Assembly (NCBI GenBank): GCA_008632985.1
Contig: QPGO01000383.1
Span: 1 to 35,359, forward strand
Direction of reading: 5' to 3'
DNA: 35,359 nucleotides
From: Psammoneis japonica
Taxonomy: Eukaryota
Shown here in pieces: positions 21,038-31,234 of the stretch. Within the stretch, counting starts at the first letter, position 1. Every line of letters starts with the position of its first letter. Below the pieces are notes generated by a model. That model worked only from the letters and a program-made list of their open reading frames with translations. It was not told the origin of the DNA and did no database searches. Both the position numbers and the translations under genes were made by a program.

Positions 21038-22600
21038 TCATATTTCAGTAGCGTTGTGGAAGATTCTAGCATTCACGCCCACCAACTTTAAAGCATCCCG
21101 CACTATTCGCAGAGCATCTTCTGGAAACAGAATAATGTCACCTCCTGGATACGTGGTATTCGGTCGTTCATTGTGCCAAACCATATAAGGTCCTCTCATT
21201 GCCAAGAGCGAGCCAAACCGAATCCAATTGAGATCCGGCGGTGGCGGTGGAACAAGCTGCACCGAAACCGCTCCCTTTGGCAAGTAGATGCCATTCATCA
21301 ACCCTGCCCCGTTCATACCAACCAAGACTGCGTAGTTCTGTACTGATTGAATCTGCTGCGCAACGGTGCCACGAAAGCTTACCAAGTCCACCTCTGCCGA
21401 GGGTTTGAGTTTGGAGTTTAGGTACCGGACCACTTCTCCCTCATTGATGATGCACCGTCGACGGCGCTGGTCAGCTCGGGAAATGAAAGCTATTCGTGGC
21501 TTGGTTATTAGAGGAGGCGGTTGCTCACCCAGAGCCTGGTACTTCATGTAATCAATAAACGAGTTGACATTGCGAGACACAGCTTCTGGATCCTGCGACT
21601 CGGGAAACGAGTCATGAAATGGCGGAAGATCAATGTACAGATCACGAAAGCAAATATTTTTCCTTCCGGCTGAACCATTCATTGGGAAATTCCGAATATC
21701 CAATGGTACAAGAGAATGGCGCGACAAAAGTTGTAGGCCTGAATTATGAAAGTCGCTTGCACGTAAAAACGGTTCCCGAAAGAGGCTTGTGTTCCAAACC
21801 ACGTACTTGCCCCTGTCACGCACCACCGGCATGATCAATACATTCGGTCTAATCATCCTCCTGCCTCCTCCAAAGCTTCCATATTCCAAGAGCTCACTCG
21901 TCAAGAGCTGTTTGTAGAGAGGCAAGAGCGTATCATAGTGCACATGGAAGTAATTGGACTTGTACCACCAAAACACATCGACAAGAAATGTGGGCGTGTC
22001 AATGGTGGCGTCGCATGTTGGTGCCTCGTTATCCGAGCGACGCACGGCACTTTTGTAGCCAAGAAATTGAGTTAAGATCGTTTCCGCTTGCTGTGCTTGA
22101 TCATTGCGTACGACAAACTGTATCGGCGCAATGAGATCTTGTGTGGCGTTCGCCAAGCTGGAGGGAATCGTGGCAAAGTCTCCATAGATCTGTAGCCGAT
22201 GAAGCATGACATTATTCACGTGACAGTACCCCAGAAACGTGCTGCAGGGGTCCAGTATTTTCACATCTTGTAGTTGCACTGCTTTCGTCCCCAACAAGAC
22301 TTCTGGAGGAAATCCCCGTCCCAGATACGAATCGTACTCGAGGTCCAGCTTGGATGGAATGTTCAACACCAAGCTTGTAGCAAGAAGGAAGCAACACACA
22401 AAAACTGATTTTGGCCAATAATAAACAACAGCTCGTGACATATCGACGCGAGTCGCACCATGATGAAAAGCTCGTGCCGTTTCAGCCACTGGCCTCAGGT
22501 CAGATGATGCAGTAACATTATCCGTGATACTTTCCCCACATGCTTCCTTCTCTGCATCGGAAGTTTGTTTCCGTATCCTCCCTCTTCGTTGAGAAATCAT
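21038..22600 (-). CDS. Glycosyltransferase family 61 (DUF563), POMGNT2-like, type II membrane protein
   Basis: TM SVFVCCFLLATSLVL. NYFHVHYDTLLPLY (compare POMGNT2 NLMHVFHDDLLPLF), ICF, ISR...RCIINEGE, LVGMNGAGLMNGIYLPKGAVSVQLVP. Intronless 520-aa ORF. Confidence 0.8.
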   Translation of the reverse strand: MISQRRGRIRKQTSDAEKEACGESITDNVTASSDLRPVAETARAFHHGATRVDMSRAVVYYWPKSVFVCCFLLATSLVLNIPSKLDLEYDSYLGRGFPPEVLLGTKAVQLQDVKILDPCSTFLGYCHVNNVMLHRLQIYGDFATIPSSLANATQDLIAPIQFVVRNDQAQQAETILTQFLGYKSAVRRSDNEAPTCDATIDTPTFLVDVFWWYKSNYFHVHYDTLLPLYKQLLTSELLEYGSFGGGRRMIRPNVLIMPVVRDRGKYVVWNTSLFREPFLRASDFHNSGLQLLSRHSLVPLDIRNFPMNGSAGRKNICFRDLYIDLPPFHDSFPESQDPEAVSRNVNSFIDYMKYQALGEQPPPLITKPRIAFISRADQRRRRCIINEGEVVRYLNSKLKPSAEVDLVSFRGTVAQQIQSVQNYAVLVGMNGAGLMNGIYLPKGAVSVQLVPPPPPDLNWIRFGSLLAMRGPYMVWHNERPNTTYPGGDIILFPEDALRIVRDALKLVGVNARIFHNATEI

Positions 22601-23382
22601 TTCGGTGTTTTCATCACGTCTACTCTAGCTGCAAAAACCTGTTACATATTTACAGGAGAATATACAGTATGCCTTGCTATCGGTTATCTTCGTCTTGTCG
22701 GTGTGATCGATGATGGTGAAATGAAAAGCGCCTCTCTAGTAGGAACCTACGGACGGACGTCACACGTACGGTACGGTAGTCCTTGATGGATGCTTTCAGC
22801 TTCATAATCATTCAAACTCTCTCTATCAAAGTAGCGAGTCTAACGTAGAGAGATGAAGGAGATCAATCGATGAGAGGGCATTGGGCTGAGAGGTAGTCTA
22901 GCTAATAATCATGTACTGTCTATATAAAGTCCCGCCACTCTCAGTCCACATTCTTTTTTCGGCTGCAGGCGCAGCTCATCTTTTGATTTTTGGTTGGTTT
23001 TTTTGCTTTCAGCTCATCTTATGATTTTTCTTAGCTTTTTCCTTTGATACACTCTAGGCCCTAGATGTCCGCCTCCTAAATAGTAGACCGTGATTATGGT
23101 AGAGAAAGTAAGACCACGCATGGACCCGTCTTGAGGACTTGTCCTGAATTCTGGTTGGCTTCTTTGCCTCGAAAGAAAACAGGTCAGTTCTTGGAAGGAT
23201 TCTTGTTCAATGTATACTTTAACATGTATCTTCTAACTTGATAAATACGACTTGTATGGTTCAACATGTACTCATGCAGCAATAATGTTGGATGTATCTT
23301 CTAACTTGACTCATCATGCAAGATGTATATAGATATGTATGCAAACAGCAGGGGCCTTAGCGCTAAGGGCCTTAGCAAACTT

Positions 23383-23924
23383 CTAAGGCGGGGGGATTAC
23401 ACTCTCGCAATGTCGCCCAGTGAACCCTTCCTCACACACACATTTATATCTTTGACCCTCTGAAACGCAGTGCCCTCCGTTTTTGCAAGGGTTGGGATGG
23501 CAAGGGTTTGGCGGTGGGATTTCACTCTCGCAATGTGGCCCAGTGTACCCTTCGGCACACTGGCATCTATATTGGTCACACCTTGTCTGGCATGTCCCTC
23601 CGTTATCGCAAGGATTGGGAAGGCACGGGTTACTCGGTGGGGCACCAGAGCTTTCTGAACCCGAGCACTCCGCACTCGAGCTTAGTGCACGAGCCCTGAG
23701 TTGAGGTGCCCCTTTGACGGTGCCCTAGTGGAGAAGCAAGACACAAACACCATGGTGAGCGATACAATTCTCCTCCAGATTGCAAAGTATACAAATGACA
23801 TTGACTCTGCAATGGACCAAACAAATTGCTCTCAACACAGAAAAAGACTACATACCGGTGCGCCTTCCACGACGATGGAAGCGGCCGCGACCAAGGCGAG
23901 GACAGCTAGCAGACAAAGTTTCAT
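23383..23924 (-). CDS. Small secreted protein with two EGF-like repeats (136 aa). Exons 23924-23856 and 23724-23383; not in the ORF track
   Basis: ATG at 23924, signal peptide MKLCLLAVLALVAAASIVVEG. gtatgt...ctag intron 23855-23725, phase 0. NPCLPNPCDNGGTCQTRCDQYRCQCAEGYTGPHCE and NPCHPNPCKNGGHCVSEGQRYKCVCEEGFTGRHCE. TAG at 23385-23383. Confidence 0.85.
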
Positions 23925-24034
23925 AGCTCCAATGATTCGGAAAGCCCGTTGCGTTCTTCGCTTGTTTTAGCTTAAGCTATCTGCAATATCAGAGGAAGGA
24001 TAGGAAAAGATTAGCAACATATATTCCTTGAAAA

Positions 24035-24620
24035 TCGAACGCGAGCGTTCGGTCAACGATGAGAACTCATGCACAGTTGTTGAATAACGCTTCCAGAACA
24101 TTTCATACAACGCCACATTTGCAAGAACGAAACGCGCAAGTCAGTCGCAGCCACAACGAGACGGACTCGTGGTCATTTCGAAGACATGGTGTTCAATCGC
24201 ATCGAATCCGAGCACGCGGTCAACGATGAGGACTCATGCAATCCTGTCGAATAGCGCTTCCAGAACAGTTCATCTACTAGCAACCTAAGTTTGTATGGAG
24301 AGGTCAAAAAGCCAACCGCGCAAGCACAGCGTGACGGACACAAGTCATCTCGACGCGACTACATCCCGGAGAAGCCAACCGCGCAAGCACAGCGTGACGG
24401 ACACAAGTCATCTCGACGCGACTACATCCCGGAGATAAAGCTAGTGTTCAATCGTATTGAACCCGAGCTTGTGGTTAGCAACGAGAATCCATGCAATCGT
24501 GACCAAAAAGCGCTTTCAGGAACACTTCATATCGATGTATTTTGCAAGAACAAGTCGACAAGCCAGCCGAAAGCGCAAAGCGACTGGTCTCCAGTCGACA
24601 GTAGGTGCAATCGACCGAAA
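24035..24620. repeat. Degenerate ~170-bp tandem repeat (3 units) upstream of the EGF gene, containing a perfect 63-bp tandem duplication (24309-24434)
   Basis: Core ggtcaacgatgag.actcatgca at ~24051 and ~24218, diverged at ~24473. Exact 63-mer at 24309-24371 and 24372-24434. Related units at ~27470-27740. Confidence 0.8.
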
Positions 24621-26327
24621 TGCTTGCTACAAAACGGACGCAACGCGTACACTTGCAGAGTTCCTGCTCTTTACTTTCGTACGATTCCACGGAATTCTCG
24701 AAACTGGACTCCGCAAACGACAATCACATGACCGTAGATTGCGCATGATGTTAAGAGGGCGAGTATACGAGCAGCAGAGCATGCGCTGACGACGGAGAAC
24801 CCACCTTTGCTTTGATGTGTATGAACTCGTTGAATGTACCCTTTTCGATTTCCTGCTTCTTCTTTTTATGAGAGAATGGGGGATTGATTTGCGAAGCATG
24901 ACGGTGGTTCCATCAGGTCATTTGCGAAGGGTTACAATAAGTGGCATGCGCCGTCATGTCGTCACGATGAGAACATGGTGAAATCAATCGTGTTGCGAGA
25001 AAAAATTGGCGCACAAAAGAGAACACCGACGCCACAAGCACGATCAGTTCCAGAAACATTTTGTAGCATATCAAAGCACTTATAAGCGAACAAGAGATTC
25101 TTTAACACGGGCGACGGTTACCCTCTACTAGTCACAGCACGCTCGAATTCGCATTGTAAGATCGATGGAGACGCCATGACGCCATGGCGGCGCTCTTGGA
25201 CTGCGCGCACCGCGATGACGAATGACCGATGATGCGTCCAACTCCAACTCAATTTTGCGAGAGCGCGAACTCGCCAGACCGTATCTTTTCACTACGCGGT
25301 ACCTTACAAGCTACTGTACAAGACGTCAAAAGATCCAAAGTTGGTTCGTTTGACGTCGACAATGAGCCACCAGCCGCACTGCCGGTTGTTACATGGAGAG
25401 CATGAAGCTATTTGTAATGAGTATGATGCCAAAAAGAAACGGACGACAAGATGTCTCAGAGAGGCTGAAAGGCAACGGAACATCATCTTGCGTCAAAATT
25501 TCGATCTTTGACAAACCCACTGGATCTTTGCGGGGGGGAATGCAAAAAGGTGTTGGGTCACTGGGCCACCCTCTTGTTTTGCATCAATTGTCCCGTTATT
25601 TTGAATGCTGGATCGGTTTCATCATGCTTGTTGTTTGATGCACAGTGTCTTGCACATGCACTCTGCTGTCATTCGAAATGACAACAGGCCAGGCTTGAAA
25701 CGGTCGCGCCGTGAGACCCGTGTGGATGCCCACGCTACAAAGCAAACTTGAGAACTGCTTTTGAGACATCCAGGACATTTGGTGGCAGTGACACTTGCAC
25801 AGAGAGGCTAAAGTGGATCAATTGATGGGAGAGAGCATGTTGGGACGAGAGGCAAGCCAGCTGACAATCATGTGCTGTCATGTGCAAAGTTCCGCCACTC
25901 TCAGTCCACATGCTTTTTTCGGCTGCTGTTGCAGCTCATCTTTTGATTTTTGGTTGTTTTTGTTGGCCTTTGGCTCATCTTTCAATTTTTCTTGGTTTTC
26001 TTGTTTCAGTCTGCTTGAGACATGTCTCCCAAATGGCAGACCGAGATCACGACTTCATGTGGAGAAAGTGGGACCTCGCATGGACCCGCCTTGAGGACTG
26101 TTCCCGATTTCTGGTCGGCTTTGTTGCAGCAAAAGAAAATGGGTCAATTCTTGCAAGGATTCTTCTTTAACGTGCACTTTCCATGCATCTTCTAACTTGA
26201 TCCATGTGACTTGTGTGGTTCAACATGTGCCTCATGCAGCAACAATGTTGGATGCATCTTCTAACTTGACTCATCATGCAACATGCATGTCAACATGCAT
26301 GCATGCAGCAGGCGCCTCTGCAATCTT

Positions 26328-27290
26328 TTAAAACGGGGGGATTGCACTCTCGCAAAAATGCCCAGCACAACCTTTGGCACACACACATCTCCACCTGTGA
26401 CCCCTTGACTGGCGACGCGTTCCAGCTCTAGGTGGGACCTCGCACTGCTGCACTGTGACATCAACAGTTTTTTGGATCGCCTCGCATGTCGCGCACGTGC
26501 ATTTCTGCGTGTAAAATTCTACAAAATTGTCTCATGCTCCCTGTTTTGCGAAGCCAAAGGCTTTCTATTTTCAACATTTATGAGAATGAAAATACACTGG
26601 GCATGTTCTTTAATGTCTGAAGAACACACCCGGGCAAACCATCAATGATGTGCTCCAAGTGTGAAGGAGGAGATGCGTTCGTAAAATTGCCTCTTTTTCT
26701 GTTGGCGATCATTCACATTTTCATTGCAGGATAAATTTGCTACGGAGCTCGCACGTGGAATTCTATGGGCCCAATGTCACGCGGAGTCCCACCTGGGACT
26801 GGAACCCGTCTGGCATGTCCCTCCGTTCTTGCAAGGGTTGGGACGGCACAGGCCAGTTGCAGGGGACTTCACTCTCGCAATGTCATCCAGTGTGACCGTC
26901 GGCACACTGACATCTGCACCTGCCACCCCTTGATGCGCAACTCCCTCCATTCTGGCAAGGGTTGGGATTGCACGGGTTGGTCGCAGGGACTTCACTCTCG
27001 CAATGTCGTCCAGTGCAACCGTCGGCACACTGACATCTACACCTGTCACCCCTTGATGCGCAACTCCCTCCGTTCTGGCAAGGGTTGGGATCGCACGGGT
27101 TAGTCGCAGGGACTTCACTCTTGCAATGTCGTCCAGTGCAACTGTTGGCACACTGACATCTGTGCCTGTCACCCCTTGACACGCAACTCCCTCCATTCTG
27201 GCAAGGGTTGGGATCGCATGGGTTGGTGCCTTCCATGATGGTGGAAGCGCCCGCGACAAAGGCAAGGACATTTGGCAGACAAAGTTTCGT
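26328..27290 (-). pseudogene. Pseudogene paralog of the secreted EGF protein, four 40-aa EGF repeats
   Basis: ACG in place of ATG. Signal-peptide remnant KLCLPNVLAFVAGAS. Three 120-bp NPCxPNPCQNGGSC repeats plus a fourth split by an insertion. In-frame TGA at 26883-26885, 1-nt frameshift at ~26862, conserved Tyr replaced by Cys/His. Confidence 0.85.
26414..26810. mobile_element. 397-bp MITE-like non-autonomous DNA transposon, 25-bp TIRs, 4-bp TSD (TGGC)
   Basis: TIRs gacgcgttccagctctaggtgggac and revcomp gacgggttccagtcccaggtgggac (21/25). TGGC at 26410-26413 and 26811-26814. Removing the element plus one TSD restores NGGTCQSRGHRWRCVC in frame. Confidence 0.85.
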
Positions 27291-27759
27291 TGTTCGGAAA
27301 ACCGATTGTGCTCTCTTGCATTCTTTGCTTGCTTCAGTTCAAGTTCTCTGCAATGTCAAAGAAAGGACAGGCAAAGCGGTTGGCAACACACATTCTTTAA
27401 ACACGAGTCTAGAGAGGAGTCAATGAGGAAAGGCCCACAAGGAAGTGCCACGGCTCATGATCCACTCGGATGTTCAATTGCATCAAAGTCAAGCATGCGG
27501 TCAGCTGTGAGAACTCATGCAATCGTTTTGAACAGCGCTTCTAGCAGCAGCAGATCAGCTCACACAACGCCATGTGTGTTCAAGAACAGAACGGACAAGT
27601 CGCTTCACAAGCACAATGGGACAGACACGCTGTTATCTTGATGACCAAATGACAGTGTTCAATTGCACCGAACCTGATCAACGACAAGAACTCACACAAT
27701 GATTGTGATTTTGATGTTGCACTCATTGAAAGCGCTTCTTTCAATTTCTGGTTTCTTCC

Positions 27760-30700
27760 ATCCTGTGAGAAAATGGGACAGTGCCTGACACCCAAAGAAC
27801 AATCACTTGACACCACCTGTCAATTTCCTGTTTCTTTTTCTTTTTTTTGTGGCACCCTGACACCCGAAGAACACGACCTGTGTCTTGCAAGGCTGCAGCA
27901 TGTGCCCAATGTACAGCAGGGCAGGTTGTGAGTTGTGAGCTGAACAGCCTGCGATGGTCATGGTGGGCCGTGCAGGTCAGTGAGCTGTCAACGTCGCTGA
28001 TGACATTGATGCAACATCTCAATCTCCGGGTCACCCTTGAGCAAGCTCCATCTGACCCTGCACTCTCACTGCGAATGAAGCCAAACCAATGAAGAAACAT
28101 CTTTGTAAAGCCTCCAGAGCATCCAGGGTGTGACCACAATTTGTGTCAGCCAAAAGAGAAAAAAACACAACGAATGATGCACAACAAACCTTCAAAAAAA
28201 GTGGGCTCTCCCAAGGGGTTTGGTGAGCAGGTCTGTCCAACTGCAGCTGGAGTCAAGTTTTGAAACTCCAGCTCTTGCAGCCAGCACACTTTGTGTTTTG
28301 AGCCATGAAAGTGCACCCACCCATTTGGCTGGAGCTCATCATGCCCCAGCTCTCTCTTGCTTCTGGCTGGTTTGGTGGTGCTTGTGAGGCGGCCAGTGCA
28401 AAACATCCGTCATTGTTGTCTTCATGTGCTGCAGACAGCAGAAACTAATTTGGCAATGGACAAGCCTCCAAAAGGAGCCAGACTTGGTGTGCACAAATGT
28501 CTGCTGGCTTGAGCCAAGTTTTTGCAAGCAGATGTTGAAAGATGAGGTGAGAAGTGTCCGTGCAAGATCAGTGCACTGGACAGGGCCAACCACTCAGAAT
28601 GAGTGGCACGCCATTGTCTCTCATCCCAAAAAAGGATCAAACAATGTGGTTTGTCAACAATTTTCACACAAGCCAAATGAGAAGATGCAAAGTGGTTGCC
28701 TTGCCCCTTGTTCCACCCCGCAGACTCAGGACACATGCTCATAAAATTTGAGGGTTTTCAGTGGGCAATGTTGCTCAGCCTGAGTGTGAGCTGCCAGCTG
28801 CCACCACCACATGAAGCTTGGTGCTGCATTGCAAAAGCTTTGCACTTTAATTTTGGCAATGTGGACAAATTGTGAGATGCAATGCCTGCCAACGGGCTTG
28901 CTCAACTTGTCACAGAGGACATTTTTTAGGAGAAGATGTCTGGCTCATCTCAGGAGTTGTGTTTTGTGCACATGCACAAAGTCACTTGAGGTGCACTGGA
29001 CAATCATCTTGAGAAGGCAGATGCACCATGCTTGAGAAGCTGGAAGATGCTGAGCTCAAGGTCAGCACCTTAAAGCAGCTGTTCTGCCCAACACACTTGA
29101 AGCATGATCTCAGGCATGGGGTCACTCATGACAGCACCCAACACTTGAGGGAAAAGAGTGAGGCCACACAGCACATTGGTGAGCTGCTGCTGAGATGTGT
29201 GGTTGCACACATGGGGAGACGTTTCAGTGCCCCTTGCAAAACTTGCAGATGGGGCCTCCAAGCAGGAGCAGAAGACTTCCATTGAAAGAAAAGCTCTCCC
29301 AACCATCAAGTGAGTGACATCAGAAGACACACTTCTTGCACATCCAGGTTTTAACAAACCATTTGAAATTTGCACACTGATGCACCTCAATGTCAACTCA
29401 GAGCAGCAGCATTTCAAGACAACAAACCTGTCACATTTTGCAGCAGAAAGCTTGTTGGTGGTGCTCAACTCAAACACACAACAATGCAATGAGAGCTGCT
29501 CACAATTTCTGAGCCTCTAAAAAATTCACATCTGGGCTGTTCTCCTTGGTCATCATGTTGTTGCTCCACACACTGATCACCAAAGCCTTGCGTGCAGCAC
29601 AAAGCATTCAATGCCAAGCACACCACACACCACTGGCACTTGACATGCAAAAAATGCAGCCCCAAGTTGGTCAGTCATCTCAACTTTGAACCATCTTTGG
29701 ACTTTGGGTGCAGCACAACAACTGCACAAACACTGCCTAAAGTGCATCATTCTCTGCACAAAAGGCCTTCATGAACAAAGTGAAAAAATTGTGATGATTC
29801 CACCAGTTTGAACAAAAGCAGCAAGAGAATGAGTGCCTGTGTTGCACAACATTTGAACTTCACACAACTGCTCTGCATGATCACTCCATGTTCTGTGGGG
29901 GAGAGAAATGTCAAACAGACAGAGTTGGCTCATTGTCGGAACAAAATTTGTGCTTCAGAGTCATTGCAGAGGCAACTGACTGAGTCGCACCATGTGCAAT
30001 TGTGTTGTGCACAGGAGAGGCATGCACAGAAACTGCCATTGCCCAGCATTTCCACCACTGACACAGCACAAGAGCTGTGGTGCACTCTGCATGCTCCAAA
30101 TGCAACTCATGTCAGAGGACAAAAAGATGCAATGTCACAGATGTGGAAAGCACCCAGAAAAAGTGGCAGAAATTGTCCCTTGGGAGACCATTTTTGCATG
30201 GAAATGATTGGAGAAAGTGCACCAGTCAAAAGCACAAAAAGAAGATTTGCACATTTGTGGGCAGCAGCTGTGGTTGATCCAGAGCAACTCTGGACAGTTC
30301 AAAATCACCCAGCTGGCTGCCAAACATGCTGGCATTGCAGCAAATGTCATCATCAAGCAAACTTGGCCATGCAGATGTCCATGGCAAAGAATGATCATCT
30401 TCAATCAAGGAACTGAGCAAATGTCCCAATTTAGACAAATGGCTTCAGAACACTGTGGCCTCCAAAAGAAATCCACAAGCAAATGAAATCCACAGAGGTG
30501 GGTGCCACAGTGGAACATGCACGTCAGACAATTGGGAGTGTGATGCAGTCGTTCTCAGCTTGAGACATTCTTGGCTCAAATGAAAACAACATGCAGAGTG
30601 GCACACTCTCCACAGTTCTTGCATTTGCCAAGCAAACTGAGGCTTGCTCATGCCGCCACATGTGCAAGCCCAATGCAAAACTGGTGCACAGCAGCAGAGA

Positions 30701-30960
30701 TGTGTTGTTGAAAACAACATGCATCCAGCCAAGGCCCAAGTGGAAGCACACACAGGAGGACAGAAAGCTTGAGCTCATCTGTGTGAATGACAAACAAAAA
30801 AATGACAAGAGATGAGACTGCCAATGTGCCACAGGGCAGTTGGCACTCATCAAATAAGAACAAAAACCTAAATGTGGGACTGGCTGGACAGTGGCCAGAC
30901 ATGGCATGTGGCCACCCTCTCGTTTTACCCAGAATCATCCTGCCATTTTGAGTGCCAGAT
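27760..30960 (+). mobile_element. Degenerate Ty3/Gypsy LTR retrotransposon pol region (RT-RNase H-integrase); LTRs not identified
   Basis: LKDEV, IPKKDQT..F, EGFQWA, QKLCTLI, LEKLEDA.LKV (RT). LAHPGFNKPFEI (RNase H). TW.CRCPW...I.F.QGTE and NPQ (integrase). Domain order RT-RH-IN. TA/CG depleted. Confidence 0.8.
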
Positions 30961-31234
30961 GGGTGTCATCACGGTTCTTTGTTCGCCGTGTCGCGCACAT
31001 GTGCTCTGCGGCTGTCATTCTAAATTACAGTTCAGGCTTCACACGGTCGCACCGGTTTGGTGGTAGCACCACTGCGCGGACAGAGTGGCCAAAGTAGATC
31101 AATCAACAGGAGAGACGGCATTGGGACGTGTTCTTCGCCTCTCAATGCCACCCATGGAGCACTGACCCACCACGTAAAATTCTTTCCTCAGGACTCTACT
31201 AGCTGATGTTCTTATTCTACCTTTAACTAAACTT

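Larger units (their letters stand above)
25798..27740. repeat. Diverged direct segmental duplicate of ~22845-24260 (EGF gene plus both flanks)
   Basis: Shared non-coding blocks such as ccgccactctcagtccaca, gcagctcatcttttgatttttggttg, cgcatggacccg, cttctaacttgactcatcatgcaa and gcagacaaagtttc. Confidence 0.88.

Noticed and set aside
23397..23704. ORF-track translations over the EGF gene
   Set aside because: Wrong frames or strand; the EGF frame opens only after splicing.
24035..24620. Possible CRISPR-like array
   Set aside because: Units are long and diverged with no unique spacers; eukaryotic context and no cas genes.
24291..24731. 146-aa ORF with repeated KPTAQAQRDGHKSSRRDYIPE
   Set aside because: Non-ATG start, produced by the 63-bp duplication within non-coding tandem repeats; no domain recognised.
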